Shown piece by piece: positions 9,928 through 20,057 of a stretch of 64,000 nucleotides of DNA; the first letter of the stretch is position 1; the number at the start of each line of letters is the position of its first letter. This DNA is from Bixzunavirus tonenili (lineage: Duplodnaviria; Heunggongvirae; Uroviricota; Caudoviricetes): IMG/VR virus record IMGVR_UViG_2706796412_000001, positions 64,001 through 128,000 of that record; one strand, given 5' to 3'. Under the pieces are notes generated by a model. The model had not been told where the DNA came from. It did not search any database and saw only the letters and a list, made by a program, of their open reading frames with translations. The translations under genes and the position numbers were made by a program.

Positions 9928-10455
9928 ATGAGTACAAGTAACGCCCCGGCTGACCCCACGATTGATCCTGATCTGAAACCGCCGGAGCCTCGCCGAGTAG
10001 TAGGCGAACTCCTCGAAGAGGTCCCTGAGGAGCATCAGGATCCAGAGGTCACGGAACTGACCGACGAAGAACGGTCGAGCTTCGTGTCGCTACTGACTTG
10101 CGGTCGGCACTCCAAGAAGATCACCGTGATGGGACATAGCGTCGTCATCCACACGCTCAAGACTGGCGACGAGATGCGTGTTGGCCTGTTCACGAAGAAG
10201 TACCTGGAAAGTCAAATGGGCTTCCAGCGCGCATACCAGGTTGCTGTGTGTGCCGCCGGTATCCGCGAGATCCAGGGCCAGCCGCTGTTCCGATCGCTGC
10301 GCGAAGTCACCGACGAGGACGAGATCTTCGACAAGAACGTCGAGGCGGTGATGGAGTTGTATCCCATCGTGGTCACCCAGATCTACCAGGCCATCATGGA
10401 CCTGGAGCGCGAGTACGCACAACTGGCCATCAAACTGGGAAAACTGTCCGGCTAG
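9928..10455 (+). CDS. tail assembly chaperone (short form)
   Basis: Directly upstream of tape measure; ends just after the G GGA AAA slippery site. Confidence 0.85.
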   Translation: MSTSNAPADPTIDPDLKPPEPRRVVGELLEEVPEEHQDPEVTELTDEERSSFVSLLTCGRHSKKITVMGHSVVIHTLKTGDEMRVGLFTKKYLESQMGFQRAYQVAVCAAGIREIQGQPLFRSLREVTDEDEIFDKNVEAVMELYPIVVTQIYQAIMDLEREYAQLAIKLGKLSG

Positions 10456-10826
10456 ACGCCTCGACCGAGTTCGAGATCCGTCTGGCCTACCAGCAAGGAC
10501 TCCTGACTCAGCGCAGTCTGAATCGATATCAACGATTTGCCCTGCGTTACGCCATCCACATGTTCCGGCGAATCGAGCTGCAAGACATCGAGGACACCCT
10601 TCAGCGTCAGACCTGGTACCTGGAGCCCACCCGCTACCGCGATCTCTTCCTGGCCGGAGCCTTCGAGCCTGAGCCTCTCACGGTGGCCGGGAGGGATATG
10701 GAAGAGGTAGTAGACGACATCGACGAGGTGGACGCGTACTTCGCCAAGCTGGAAGGCACTCAGTCGATGAGTGGATCTCAGTTGTTTGCCGCGTTGGGTG
10801 AACCTGACGAAGAGGGCTGGATATGA
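9928..10826 (+). CDS. tail assembly chaperone, -1 frameshifted long form
   Basis: GGGAAAA at 10437-10443; -1 frame open to 10826 (GKTVRLDASTEFEIRL...). Confidence 0.8.
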
Positions 10827-13069
10827 GCACCCCGGGTGGCTTCGAGTACACCGACGACTCGGTCGTCGCGCGGCTCGCGTTCGATATTCCGGCGCAGGCT
10901 CTGACCGACATCACTCAGCTCACCAAGGCGATGAGCGCCATGGCCACCGAGCAGGAGGCCATCGCCCGCACCACCGGCACCTGGCTGGACTACCTCAACC
11001 AGGTCCCGGTCATCGCCGAGCGGGCCAACCAGTCCATGCGCGAGACCATCACCACGATGGAGCGGATGGCCTACATCCAGAACGAGATGGGTGGCGGCCT
11101 GGGCAATGTCGGCGCGACGCCGACGGCAGGCCCGCAAGGCGCATACTCGACGGCGGCGCCTTCGGGGTACGTCAACCCGTTCGCCGGTCAGTTCTTCGGC
11201 ATGGGCGCGATCCCGCAGGACGTCGCGGCAGTGCAGCAGCAGCTGTCTGGTATCGCCTCCCAGGACCCTCGGCTCTACGCCAACATGATGGCCGCACGCG
11301 GTCAGGCGGTGAATCCGGCTCTGCTCGGCATGATGGGTGGAGCGGTGGCCGGATTCACCGGCCAGGGCGGTGTCGGCGACACCGGTGGCGGCATGGGGTA
11401 TGGCAACGCCGCACCGGGCTCCATGAGCACGCAGGCGACTCAGGCCGCGCGCGACTCGGCAGCACCGCCGGACCCGACCCAGAGTGGCGCCACAACGCGC
11501 TCAGAGCCGCAGAACATCCCTGCTGAACCGCATCCGGACGCCCCGCCGTGGCAGCGCGCGGTGATGGGTACCGTCAGCGCCGCCCAGCAGATCGTCAACG
11601 AGACCCAAGGCGCGACCGGACGCGGCGGCAACAACCTTCTCGGTCTGGCGTCGGCAGGTCTGGGCGCGGCAGGCAAGTTCGCCTCGAATCACCCCAATGC
11701 TCTTGGCGGATTCGGCGGTCGGCTGGGCACCGTGGCCAAGGGTGCCGGACTGCTCGGCGCCGGGGCGTGGGCCTTCAACAAGGCGCAGGACGTCGGCGAG
11801 ACGATCCAGAAGTACGAGCAGCTGGGCAACGTCCAGGGTGGTGACTGGGGCACCGGCATCAAGTACGAGGCTCAGGCCCGCATGCTGGCCCTGAACCCGT
11901 TCATCACTACCCAACAGGCGCGTCAGGCCATGCAGATGGCCTTGTCCGAGGGTTTCCAGGGCGGTGAGTACGACACCGTCATGGACTACATGCTCAACAA
12001 CTTCAAGGACATGGGCGTACAGTTCGCGACCTCGATGGACTACGCCAAGCAGGCCATCTATTCCGGTGAGGATGTCGGCGCCGCGACATCGATGTCCGCC
12101 GACCTGATGCAGGCCATGAAACGACTGTCCGCCGAGGGAGGCCAGTCGTTCCCCGACCGGGTGCAGACCGGCCTGGAGATGTCCAGCAGCCTGATGTCGC
12201 AAGGATTCAGCGCCGAGTCGGCCTATCGAGCAGTGCTGGGCGCGCAGGAAGGCTACGCCGATAACAAGGTCCTGCGCGACTCGATGGGTCAGCTCATTCC
12301 CCAGGCCACCGGTAGTCCACAGCTGATGACTATGGTGGCCAACCGGATGGGCGTTACCGGTCTGCTGCCAGGAGCTTTGGAGGCAGGCCTCGACGAGGCT
12401 GGATTCGACGGAGACGAGCTGCTGCTGGAGGCGGCCAAAGAGATTGCCCATCTGGTCTCGGGTTACCCCAACAAGCTCAACCGAATTGCTGCCTTCCGCG
12501 AGCTGATGGCCCAGAACGGCGTGCAGATGGACTGGCGTCAGGCCAAGGCCCTTTACGAAGAGGCCACCGGTGAGGGTCCGTCTCCGGTCGAGCGGGCCAA
12601 CGAGCGAGTGGCCAATTCCAACCAGGAGGGCCGGTCGTTCGTCGACCAGGCCGGTGACTTCCTCAGCAACCTGGCCAGGCCGTTCACCACCGGTCTGATG
12701 GGCGGTCTCACCAAGGCCGTCGAGGGCAAGTGGGACGAGGTCTGGCCGACCATCACCGAGAACCAGTACTCCACACCTCACCAGGCGGACAAGGACCACC
12801 AGCGCGACGCGTTCGCGCGTGCGGGCCGGGCGCCCGCCGAACTGCCGCAGACCGCCGAGCAGGCTGACACCCAGGCGCAGACGGTGCGCACCGAAGGTCA
12901 GGTCTCTGGCGAGGTGCGGATCACCGTGGACCAGGCTGGTCGCGTCTCGGCGCCGCAGTCCATTCAGCTCACCGGCCAGCAGAAGAGCGCGTACGCCGGG
13001 TACGGGTCTTCCCAGCTCAACAACCCTCCGCCGGGTGACCACAACGCCAGCACCGGATGGGGTGGCTGA
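10823..13069 (+). CDS. tape measure protein
   Basis: 748 aa, A/G/Q/M-rich and helical, follows the frameshifted chaperone. Confidence 0.85.
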   Translation: MSTPGGFEYTDDSVVARLAFDIPAQALTDITQLTKAMSAMATEQEAIARTTGTWLDYLNQVPVIAERANQSMRETITTMERMAYIQNEMGGGLGNVGATPTAGPQGAYSTAAPSGYVNPFAGQFFGMGAIPQDVAAVQQQLSGIASQDPRLYANMMAARGQAVNPALLGMMGGAVAGFTGQGGVGDTGGGMGYGNAAPGSMSTQATQAARDSAAPPDPTQSGATTRSEPQNIPAEPHPDAPPWQRAVMGTVSAAQQIVNETQGATGRGGNNLLGLASAGLGAAGKFASNHPNALGGFGGRLGTVAKGAGLLGAGAWAFNKAQDVGETIQKYEQLGNVQGGDWGTGIKYEAQARMLALNPFITTQQARQAMQMALSEGFQGGEYDTVMDYMLNNFKDMGVQFATSMDYAKQAIYSGEDVGAATSMSADLMQAMKRLSAEGGQSFPDRVQTGLEMSSSLMSQGFSAESAYRAVLGAQEGYADNKVLRDSMGQLIPQATGSPQLMTMVANRMGVTGLLPGALEAGLDEAGFDGDELLLEAAKEIAHLVSGYPNKLNRIAAFRELMAQNGVQMDWRQAKALYEEATGEGPSPVERANERVANSNQEGRSFVDQAGDFLSNLARPFTTGLMGGLTKAVEGKWDEVWPTITENQYSTPHQADKDHQRDAFARAGRAPAELPQTAEQADTQAQTVRTEGQVSGEVRITVDQAGRVSAPQSIQLTGQQKSAYAGYGSSQLNNPPPGDHNASTGWGG

Positions 13070-13746
13070 TGCCCAGCAACTTCCACTTTCCGCAGCAGAG
13101 CATCCCGCTGGCCAAGGGCGAGCGCGGCATCGCCACGCTGCATCATCCCGACATCGGCTCGCTGCGCTTTCGCACCAATCCCAAGGAATTCAACTGGAGC
13201 TACACGCTCAACAAGCGGATCGACCAGACCTACGGCGGGCGCGTGATCCAGCTGCTGGGCGTCAAGATCGACAACTTCACCATCAAGGCCGACGCCGGTG
13301 GCGGGCGCTGGGAGTACATGCACAAGGTCAACAAGTACCTGCGCGACGTCATGGTGGTGCAGCGCAACGGGGTACCGGTGACCTTCGAGTACACCACGCG
13401 TGGATGGAAGCTCAAGGGCTACGTCTCGACGATCCCCTTCCAGGACTCCCTCGAAGAGGTCCTGCGTGAGTACGTCATCCAGATGAAGGTGCAGGAGGAC
13501 ATCTCCGGCGTGATGAGCAAGAACACGCTGGACGCCGCGCTGCGCGAACTCAAGGACGGCGTCGGCTTCAAGCGCAGCAAGTACAACGATCCGCTCATCG
13601 GCGGCAACCGTCCCACCGACTCCGAAGAGGGCATCGGTGGCCTCAACGAGATCGCCGACATCGTGGGTCAGGTTGGCGACATTCTCAATCAGTTCGGGCA
13701 GAACCTCGACTTTCTGCCCAACGGTATTCCTGGACTCAGCAGGTAA
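13069..13746 (+). CDS. tail tube initiator/minor tail protein
   Basis: TGATG coupling to TMP; FRTNPKEFNWSY motif resembles tube-initiator proteins. Confidence 0.55.
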   Translation: MPSNFHFPQQSIPLAKGERGIATLHHPDIGSLRFRTNPKEFNWSYTLNKRIDQTYGGRVIQLLGVKIDNFTIKADAGGGRWEYMHKVNKYLRDVMVVQRNGVPVTFEYTTRGWKLKGYVSTIPFQDSLEEVLREYVIQMKVQEDISGVMSKNTLDAALRELKDGVGFKRSKYNDPLIGGNRPTDSEEGIGGLNEIADIVGQVGDILNQFGQNLDFLPNGIPGLSR

Positions 13747-13761
13747 CGGAAGGAGCGCGAG

Positions 13762-13932
13762 ATGGCCGATTACGCGAGCGACTGCCCGATCAGTCGTCCG
13801 GTGGACCCTGGCTGGACCTCGGACTGGGATCTGGGCGGCATGCAGTGGTCGTTCGACTACGGCATGTTCTACAAGCCGTCGCCGGACGAACTTCTTCCGC
13901 TGCGCAAGCCGTCGCCACGCGTCGGAGACTGA
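13762..13932 (+). CDS. small hypothetical protein (56 aa, not in ORF track)
   Basis: AAGGAG RBS; MADYASDCPISRPVDPGW...RVGD* fills the gap between two tail genes. Confidence 0.6.
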   Translation: MADYASDCPISRPVDPGWTSDWDLGGMQWSFDYGMFYKPSPDELLPLRKPSPRVGD

Positions 13933-13935
13933 CTC

Positions 13936-14526
13936 ATGTCCAAGCTGCTGATCAAGGGTCACCGCGCGTTCGAGTTCAAGCTCAACGTGACCCAGTTCCG
14001 GTCTCCGCTGACGGCGTCGATCTCGTCTGCGCAGACCCGGACCATGATGCAGCACTTTCCGATCCGCGCCGGACAGCCCGACATCAACTTCACCGTGCAG
14101 TTCTCCAGCACGGACGCCAAACACGAGTTCTCCAACTTCGTGCGCGACCACCAGCTGTTCGCCCAGGAACACGGGTACGACGGGCGGGTCACCCTCTGGT
14201 GGCCCGAGCGCGACATCATCAACTGGACCGGATTCATCACCGACTACCAGGTGGTCGAGAAGTGGGACGTCTTCGCCCCTTCGGTGACGTTCGGTGTCGC
14301 TCTGGTCGACTCGCTGCTCAGCGAGTTCTCCAAGCTCTCGTCGTTCGGCGCCCACTGGAAGTCGATATGGGGACCGCAGATCCCGGCCTATCAGGGGCCT
14401 GACTCCATGGCTCCGGACAACCAGTTGCGTCCGCCGTCGCCGCCGTCATCGTCCATCCCCGGCAGGTCGGATCCGTCCGGCCCCAATCCGCCCCGCACGT
14501 ACGGCGGCGGAGGAGGTACGTTCTGA
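13936..14526 (+). CDS. baseplate/minor tail protein
   Basis: 196 aa, TGATG-coupled to next gene. Confidence 0.6.
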   Translation: MSKLLIKGHRAFEFKLNVTQFRSPLTASISSAQTRTMMQHFPIRAGQPDINFTVQFSSTDAKHEFSNFVRDHQLFAQEHGYDGRVTLWWPERDIINWTGFITDYQVVEKWDVFAPSVTFGVALVDSLLSEFSKLSSFGAHWKSIWGPQIPAYQGPDSMAPDNQLRPPSPPSSSIPGRSDPSGPNPPRTYGGGGGTF

Positions 14527-17372
14527 TGACCATCCCCGGCATGGGCAACATGCCTCGTCCCGTCACCGAGGCGACCGAAGACTACGGCTCGTTCATCCCG
14601 GCCTCAGTCCTGGCCGACGAAGAGGCCGGGGTCATCAATGTCAGCCCGAAGGACCCGCCACCGGCCAAGACCCTGGTCTACTCGCCCGACGTACGCATCC
14701 TCATCGCGCGCGGCAACAAGCAGTACGACGTCTCCAAGGACATCGTCGCGTGGTCTTGTCGCCGGGTGGAGAACTCGGTCAGCTCGATCGTCTTCCGGCT
14801 GGCCAACGAGAACCTGCGGTACAACCAGCTCTTCGAGCGGATGGACCGCGTGACGATGTACCTCAAGCGTGTCGAATGGGTGCAGGTCTTTTCCGGCTAC
14901 CTCGATCGGGTGCCGCATGTCCAGATCTATCCGGGCACGGTCAACTTCCGGGCCAGCTGCACCCTCAAGCGGTTGCTGCACACCTGGTGGGACCCGGGCC
15001 TGACCAATGCTCAAGGCATCTTCGACCAGGCCGGACTCAACCTGCTGGAGAGTGCTGGCGGCGAGAAGATGGCCGACATGGGCCTGGGGTCGCTGCTGCG
15101 GCGACTGCTCGTCGAGGTCGGCGGCTGGGACACCAAGAACGTCCATATCCAGCGGTTCCCGATGGGCTACTACACCTTCATGGAGACCCAGCTCCGCAAG
15201 CTGGAGCCGGGCAATCAGAAGGCTACCCACGAGTTCAAGCGGCTGCTGCTGGGCGACGACACTTCTGCCGGTGTGGGCGCGGCGGCAGGCCGCGCGCTCG
15301 GTGTCACCCGAGGCGGTTACGTCCGGACGGCCCCGGAACGCATGATCGAGGTCATCCGCGCTGTCGACGAGATGGGCATGGGGCCGGACAATCGTGACCT
15401 GGCCGTCGCCCAAGGACTGGGCACTGCCTCCCAGGGCGGCAAGGACGACAAGGACCAGCCTGCCTGGCAGTCGCACCAGGAGATCGGCAAGAACTGGACC
15501 GAGGCCGCGTTGAAGAACGACGCGGCAGTGCACTGCTTCATGACCATCATGGTCGAGTCCAACTGGATCATGTACGCCAACAACGCGGTGCCCGAGTCGC
15601 TGAACTTTCCGCACGACGCCATCGGGTCCGATCACGACTCGATCGGCCTGTTTCAGCAGCGCCCGTCGTGGGGCACGGTGGCCCAGCGGATGAATCCGCG
15701 CGAGTCGGCAGGCATGTTCCTCAAGGAGCTGGCCAAGCTGGACTGGCGCAACATGGACCGGGGCGCGGCATGCCAGGCGGTGCAGCGGTCGGCCTTCCCG
15801 GGCCGTTACGCCGCGCAAGAGCAGGCCGCCGTCGAGATGGTGCGCGCGATCCGGTCCGGCACCGGTACCGGGATGGGCACCGGCGGACAGGCCAATGGCA
15901 TCCCGGGACTGAATCTGGGCGGCAGCCCGATCGGCAGCCTGCCGTCGGTGGTGACCGCCGGAGCCCCGGGGGCGACCGGGCTCCCCTCGGTGCCGACCAC
16001 CAACGGCACGCCGTCGGCCAGCGCAATCGGTGAAGTGATCGGCATGCCCAAGTTCAACACCGCTGGAGCACTCTCGTTCGCACGCGCTCAGATCGGCAAG
16101 CCCTACGTCTGGGGCGCGACCGGACCGGCCAGCTACGACTGCTCAGGACTGATGCTCGCGGCCTACCGATCGATCGGCATCGAGATCGGGCGCACCACCT
16201 ACGACGAGGTGGCCACCTGTACCACGATCTCGCCGACCAACCTGGTGCCGGGCGATCTGGTCCAGCCGCACGACGGCCACGTGGTGATGTGGACCGGCAA
16301 CGGCACCGTGGTGCATGCTCCGCAGACCGGCGACGTCGTCAAGGAGGTGCCGGTCTACTTCGACGTCACCAGCGCCAAGTGCCTGCACGTGCCCGGCACC
16401 GAGTACGGCGGCGCCCCGTTCGCCCCGTTCGACCCGACCAAGGCCTTCAGCGGCGCCGGGGCGGCTCCGGGCACCGTGGCCCCGGGTCTGGGCGGTGGCA
16501 CCGCGCAGGTTGGCGCCAGCGAGCCGATCGCCCGCAACCTGTTCACCTACCAGTTCCAGGCCGGGCGATTCCAGAACTTCATCTCGGATCTGTACGGAGG
16601 CTCTTCGGGTGGTCGAGAGAAGGCGTTCATCAATGACGAGCCGTTGATCCAGACGGTGGTGACCTTCGCCAAGGCGGGCTTGCGCAACTTCCAGAGCGCG
16701 CCCAACGGCGATTTCGTGGCCTACTACCCGGACTACTTCGGCCTCGACGGCAAGGGTGCCGTGATGAACATCGAGGACGTCGAGATGAAGAACGTCCAGA
16801 TCGACCTCAACGACGACGCCATGGCCACTCACGTCTACGTCGCGGGTTCCGCGCTGCCCAACGGCGGCGGGGCGGGCAATCCGTTGGGCTGGCTCAACTC
16901 CAAGGGTGTGGCCACTGTCGAGAACGAATGGCTGTTCCAACGGCTGGTCGCCGCCGCGCCGCGCGTCAAGGGAGAGCGCCGGACCTCCGGCGCCGACCTC
17001 ATGCGCCGGTTCGGTGTCCGTCCTCTGGTCCAGTCGATGTCGAGCATCCAGCAGGGCCCGATGGAGTTCCTCTGCGCGGTCCAGCTCTTCATGACCAAGT
17101 GGGCCGAACAGTACTCCACCCAGGTCGAGACCACCTTCATGCCCGAGGTGTTCCCCGGCATGCGGCTGAACCTGGTCGGACACAACTTGCAGGTCTACGT
17201 CACCGAGGTGGTGCATTCGGGCGACTGGGAGAACGGCTTCACCACCCAGATGACCATCATGGCCCCGTCGACACCGTCGATCGTCAAGCTGGCCAGCGAG
17301 ATCAGCCGGGCCGTCGAGCAGGAGCGGATGGATCAGGCCGACCTCGACACCAACGCTTCTGTGGTGATGTGA
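14526..17372 (+). CDS. baseplate hub with lysozyme-like and NlpC/P60 peptidoglycan hydrolase domains
   Basis: MVES...HDSIGLFQQRPSWG lysozyme-like motif; GKPYVWGATGPASYDCSGL...HV NlpC/P60 motif. Confidence 0.85.
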   Translation: MTIPGMGNMPRPVTEATEDYGSFIPASVLADEEAGVINVSPKDPPPAKTLVYSPDVRILIARGNKQYDVSKDIVAWSCRRVENSVSSIVFRLANENLRYNQLFERMDRVTMYLKRVEWVQVFSGYLDRVPHVQIYPGTVNFRASCTLKRLLHTWWDPGLTNAQGIFDQAGLNLLESAGGEKMADMGLGSLLRRLLVEVGGWDTKNVHIQRFPMGYYTFMETQLRKLEPGNQKATHEFKRLLLGDDTSAGVGAAAGRALGVTRGGYVRTAPERMIEVIRAVDEMGMGPDNRDLAVAQGLGTASQGGKDDKDQPAWQSHQEIGKNWTEAALKNDAAVHCFMTIMVESNWIMYANNAVPESLNFPHDAIGSDHDSIGLFQQRPSWGTVAQRMNPRESAGMFLKELAKLDWRNMDRGAACQAVQRSAFPGRYAAQEQAAVEMVRAIRSGTGTGMGTGGQANGIPGLNLGGSPIGSLPSVVTAGAPGATGLPSVPTTNGTPSASAIGEVIGMPKFNTAGALSFARAQIGKPYVWGATGPASYDCSGLMLAAYRSIGIEIGRTTYDEVATCTTISPTNLVPGDLVQPHDGHVVMWTGNGTVVHAPQTGDVVKEVPVYFDVTSAKCLHVPGTEYGGAPFAPFDPTKAFSGAGAAPGTVAPGLGGGTAQVGASEPIARNLFTYQFQAGRFQNFISDLYGGSSGGREKAFINDEPLIQTVVTFAKAGLRNFQSAPNGDFVAYYPDYFGLDGKGAVMNIEDVEMKNVQIDLNDDAMATHVYVAGSALPNGGGAGNPLGWLNSKGVATVENEWLFQRLVAAAPRVKGERRTSGADLMRRFGVRPLVQSMSSIQQGPMEFLCAVQLFMTKWAEQYSTQVETTFMPEVFPGMRLNLVGHNLQVYVTEVVHSGDWENGFTTQMTIMAPSTPSIVKLASEISRAVEQERMDQADLDTNASVVM

Positions 17373-18838
17373 TGACGATTGAGGGTTACGTCCGCAATGC
17401 CGGAGCCACCCAGCGCGAACCCGCCGTGGTGCACGCGCTGGATCTTCCCACCCGCACGGCCACCGTTCTGCTGCGCAGCGGCTACACGGTGCGGGTCAAC
17501 TGCGCCTACGCCGTGGGCGATGCCATCATCACTCCGGCCATCGGCGAGCAGTGGTACGTCGAGCGGTTTGACATGGAGTGGCGGCTGGCCGGACGCATCC
17601 CCTTCAACGATCCCACTCAGAACATCGAGCCCGAGGCGGGTCAGGTCTCGCTAGGGTCGGCCAGTGGTCCCCTGGAGCTGAATGGCGTCGAGATCCGGGT
17701 CAACGGCATGTTCCGGCTCGGCATGACCTTCTTCCGCCCCGACGCCACCGGCAAGCTGCAATACTCGCAGGACGGGGTGACCTGGGTCCCCGTCGTCCCC
17801 CCGGCGGGCCCAGGCGCTCCGGCCTCCACCGACGAGGTTCCTGAAGGCGCGACCAACAAGTACTACACCGACGAACGTGCCGCTGCGGCAGCTCCGGTAA
17901 AGACCGTGGCCACCAGGACCGGTCATATCGTTCTCACCAAGGACGACGTCGGCCTGAGCAACGTCGACAACACCTCCGACAACGCCAAGCCGATCAGTTC
18001 GGCGACAGCCAGCGCGTTGGCACTCAAGGCCGATCTGGTCTCGGGCAAGGTCCCGGCCTCGCAGCTGCCGATCCCTCCGGTGGCCGAGTATCCCGACATG
18101 TCCTCGTTCCCGGCGCCGGGCGTGGCAGGAACGCTGTACATCGCTGCCGACACCGGAAACCTCTACCGCTGGGACTCGGTGGCAGCGAACTTCGAGCTGA
18201 TCGTCTCGGCTACCGGTGGCGGTGCGGCCAGCACCGACGAGTTGCCTGAAGGCAGCACCAACCTCTACTACACCGGATCCCGGGTCACCGCCTTGATCCA
18301 GTCGATGTTCGGCAGCGCAGCAGGCGAGGTCACCGAGGGCAATGATCCCCGGCTGTCGGACACGCGCACCCCCACCGACGACACGGTGACTACTCCCAAG
18401 ATCGTCGACCGCGCGGTGACCACCGACAAGATCGACGACGAGGCGGTCACCATGGACAAGCTTGCCGAAGACGTTCAGCTGGCACTCGACGAGTCGGCCT
18501 ACGACGTGAGCTATCCGCAGACCCTCGGCCAGCGCGCGGTCGGCTACGGCCAGAACACCATCGGGGTCAAACTGCAGCGGCCAGTGACCTTCAGCAAGAT
18601 CACCTACCGGTGCGGCACGGCGGACGGCGGCGGCACGGCCACCTTCGAGCTGCACCGCAACGGGGTTGCGGTCCCCGGCACCCAGGCCACCATAAGCGCG
18701 GCCAGCCAGGTGGAAGGAACCACCGTCACCGGCGAGTGGCCGTTTGCTGAAGGTGACATTCTCAAGGTCTACACCTCGTTGCTGGGAACAGCACCCATCG
18801 GAGTGGGACTGGTTGCAGATCTGAAGGGCAAGTCGTAA
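17372..18838 (+). CDS. baseplate spike/tail fibre-like protein
   Basis: TGATG coupling; DVGLSNVDNTSD..KPIS fibre repeat; two STDE.PEG.TN.YYT repeats. Confidence 0.65.
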   Translation: MTIEGYVRNAGATQREPAVVHALDLPTRTATVLLRSGYTVRVNCAYAVGDAIITPAIGEQWYVERFDMEWRLAGRIPFNDPTQNIEPEAGQVSLGSASGPLELNGVEIRVNGMFRLGMTFFRPDATGKLQYSQDGVTWVPVVPPAGPGAPASTDEVPEGATNKYYTDERAAAAAPVKTVATRTGHIVLTKDDVGLSNVDNTSDNAKPISSATASALALKADLVSGKVPASQLPIPPVAEYPDMSSFPAPGVAGTLYIAADTGNLYRWDSVAANFELIVSATGGGAASTDELPEGSTNLYYTGSRVTALIQSMFGSAAGEVTEGNDPRLSDTRTPTDDTVTTPKIVDRAVTTDKIDDEAVTMDKLAEDVQLALDESAYDVSYPQTLGQRAVGYGQNTIGVKLQRPVTFSKITYRCGTADGGGTATFELHRNGVAVPGTQATISAASQVEGTTVTGEWPFAEGDILKVYTSLLGTAPIGVGLVADLKGKS

Positions 18839-19593
18839 TGCCCCTGATCCTGCCTGTAGGAGGCCTTGAGCCTCTGATCGTCGTCCAGACCGAGGTCTTT
18901 GACGAGCCATTGCCACCAGGACGCATCGGTGTTGAGATTGTGCTTGCTGGACGAGGTGGAAACAGCGGTGCGGGCGGTTCTGTCAGCAACGAGAACCAGA
19001 ACTGCCCAGGCGGCGGCGGTGGCGGCGGTGGCGCGCGCGTCAACCTCTTCTTCATCCCGATCGAGCTGCTTGGCCCCACCTGGACCCTCACCGCAGGATC
19101 CGGCTCCTCGCGATTCGCCCGATTCATCTCTGGCGACGTCGTGATCTCTGCCGGATGGGGCGGCAATGGTGGCAACGGCGGCGGCAACAACGGCCCGCCC
19201 GGACTGGGCGGAGACGGCGGCACGGTCAGCGCCGAGGGCATCCCGTTCACCATCCCCTCCGGCACGCTCGTTGCCGGACGACCGGGCGGACGCGGCGGCA
19301 TGGCGGGCAACAACGCCGGTGTGGCCGGTGGCAGTTCGACTCTCGGGGCCGGGCCGGGCGGCGGCGGCGGCGGTGGCTCGCGGTCTTCCAGCGGCACGCA
19401 CGGCTCCGGCGGGGCGGGCGGCACCACGACCGGCGGCAACCCGCCCAACCTCCTCAAGAACGGCGCCAAGGGTGGCAGCGGCACCGCCAGTGGCAACAAT
19501 GCCACCGGTGGCCGGGGCGGTTGCGGTGGTGGCTACACCACGGCGACCACGAGCACTCCTGGCGGCGCCTACATCTATGCGAAGTGGGTGTAG
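18838..19593 (+). CDS. glycine-rich minor tail protein
   Basis: GGGGGG/GGNGG repeats; TAATG coupling. Confidence 0.7.
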   Translation: MPLILPVGGLEPLIVVQTEVFDEPLPPGRIGVEIVLAGRGGNSGAGGSVSNENQNCPGGGGGGGGARVNLFFIPIELLGPTWTLTAGSGSSRFARFISGDVVISAGWGGNGGNGGGNNGPPGLGGDGGTVSAEGIPFTIPSGTLVAGRPGGRGGMAGNNAGVAGGSSTLGAGPGGGGGGGSRSSSGTHGSGGAGGTTTGGNPPNLLKNGAKGGSGTASGNNATGGRGGCGGGYTTATTSTPGGAYIYAKWV

Positions 19594-19627
19594 CCCGACG
19601 AGGCACAAGAATCTGTGAGGAGGACAG

Positions 19628-20044
19628 ATGAGCTACTCCCTTGCGCTCGAAGATGGAGACCTGGTGCAGCGTGGTTCGCAGCTGGCCATTGTCCAGGGTC
19701 GGGACAAGCTGGAGCAGGACATCAACCTGTGGCTGCTGGAGCGTTGGGGCAGCGACAGGTTCCACCTGAACATGGGCAGCATCCTGCAGGAGTTCATCGG
19801 TGGCATCGCAGAACCGTCGACTCGGGCCGAGGTGCATGCCGAGGTCTTCCGCGTCCTGCAGAACTACCAGGCGCTTCAGCTGCGTCGATTCCGCGAAGAC
19901 CCTCAGTCCCTGAGCGCCAGCGAGTTGCTGGTGTCGGTCGACGAGATCACCACCCAGATGACCTACGACACGGTCAGAGTGACCATCAAGTTGCGCAACG
20001 GGGTCAATCAGTCGTCGACCATCTCGGTCCTGCAGAGCACCTAG
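19628..20044 (+). CDS. baseplate wedge protein (gp25-like)
   Basis: 138 aa directly before baseplate J; LLERWGSDRFH..GS.L motif. Confidence 0.75.
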   Translation: MSYSLALEDGDLVQRGSQLAIVQGRDKLEQDINLWLLERWGSDRFHLNMGSILQEFIGGIAEPSTRAEVHAEVFRVLQNYQALQLRRFREDPQSLSASELLVSVDEITTQMTYDTVRVTIKLRNGVNQSSTISVLQST

Positions 20045-20057
20045 TAAGGAGCCCCAG

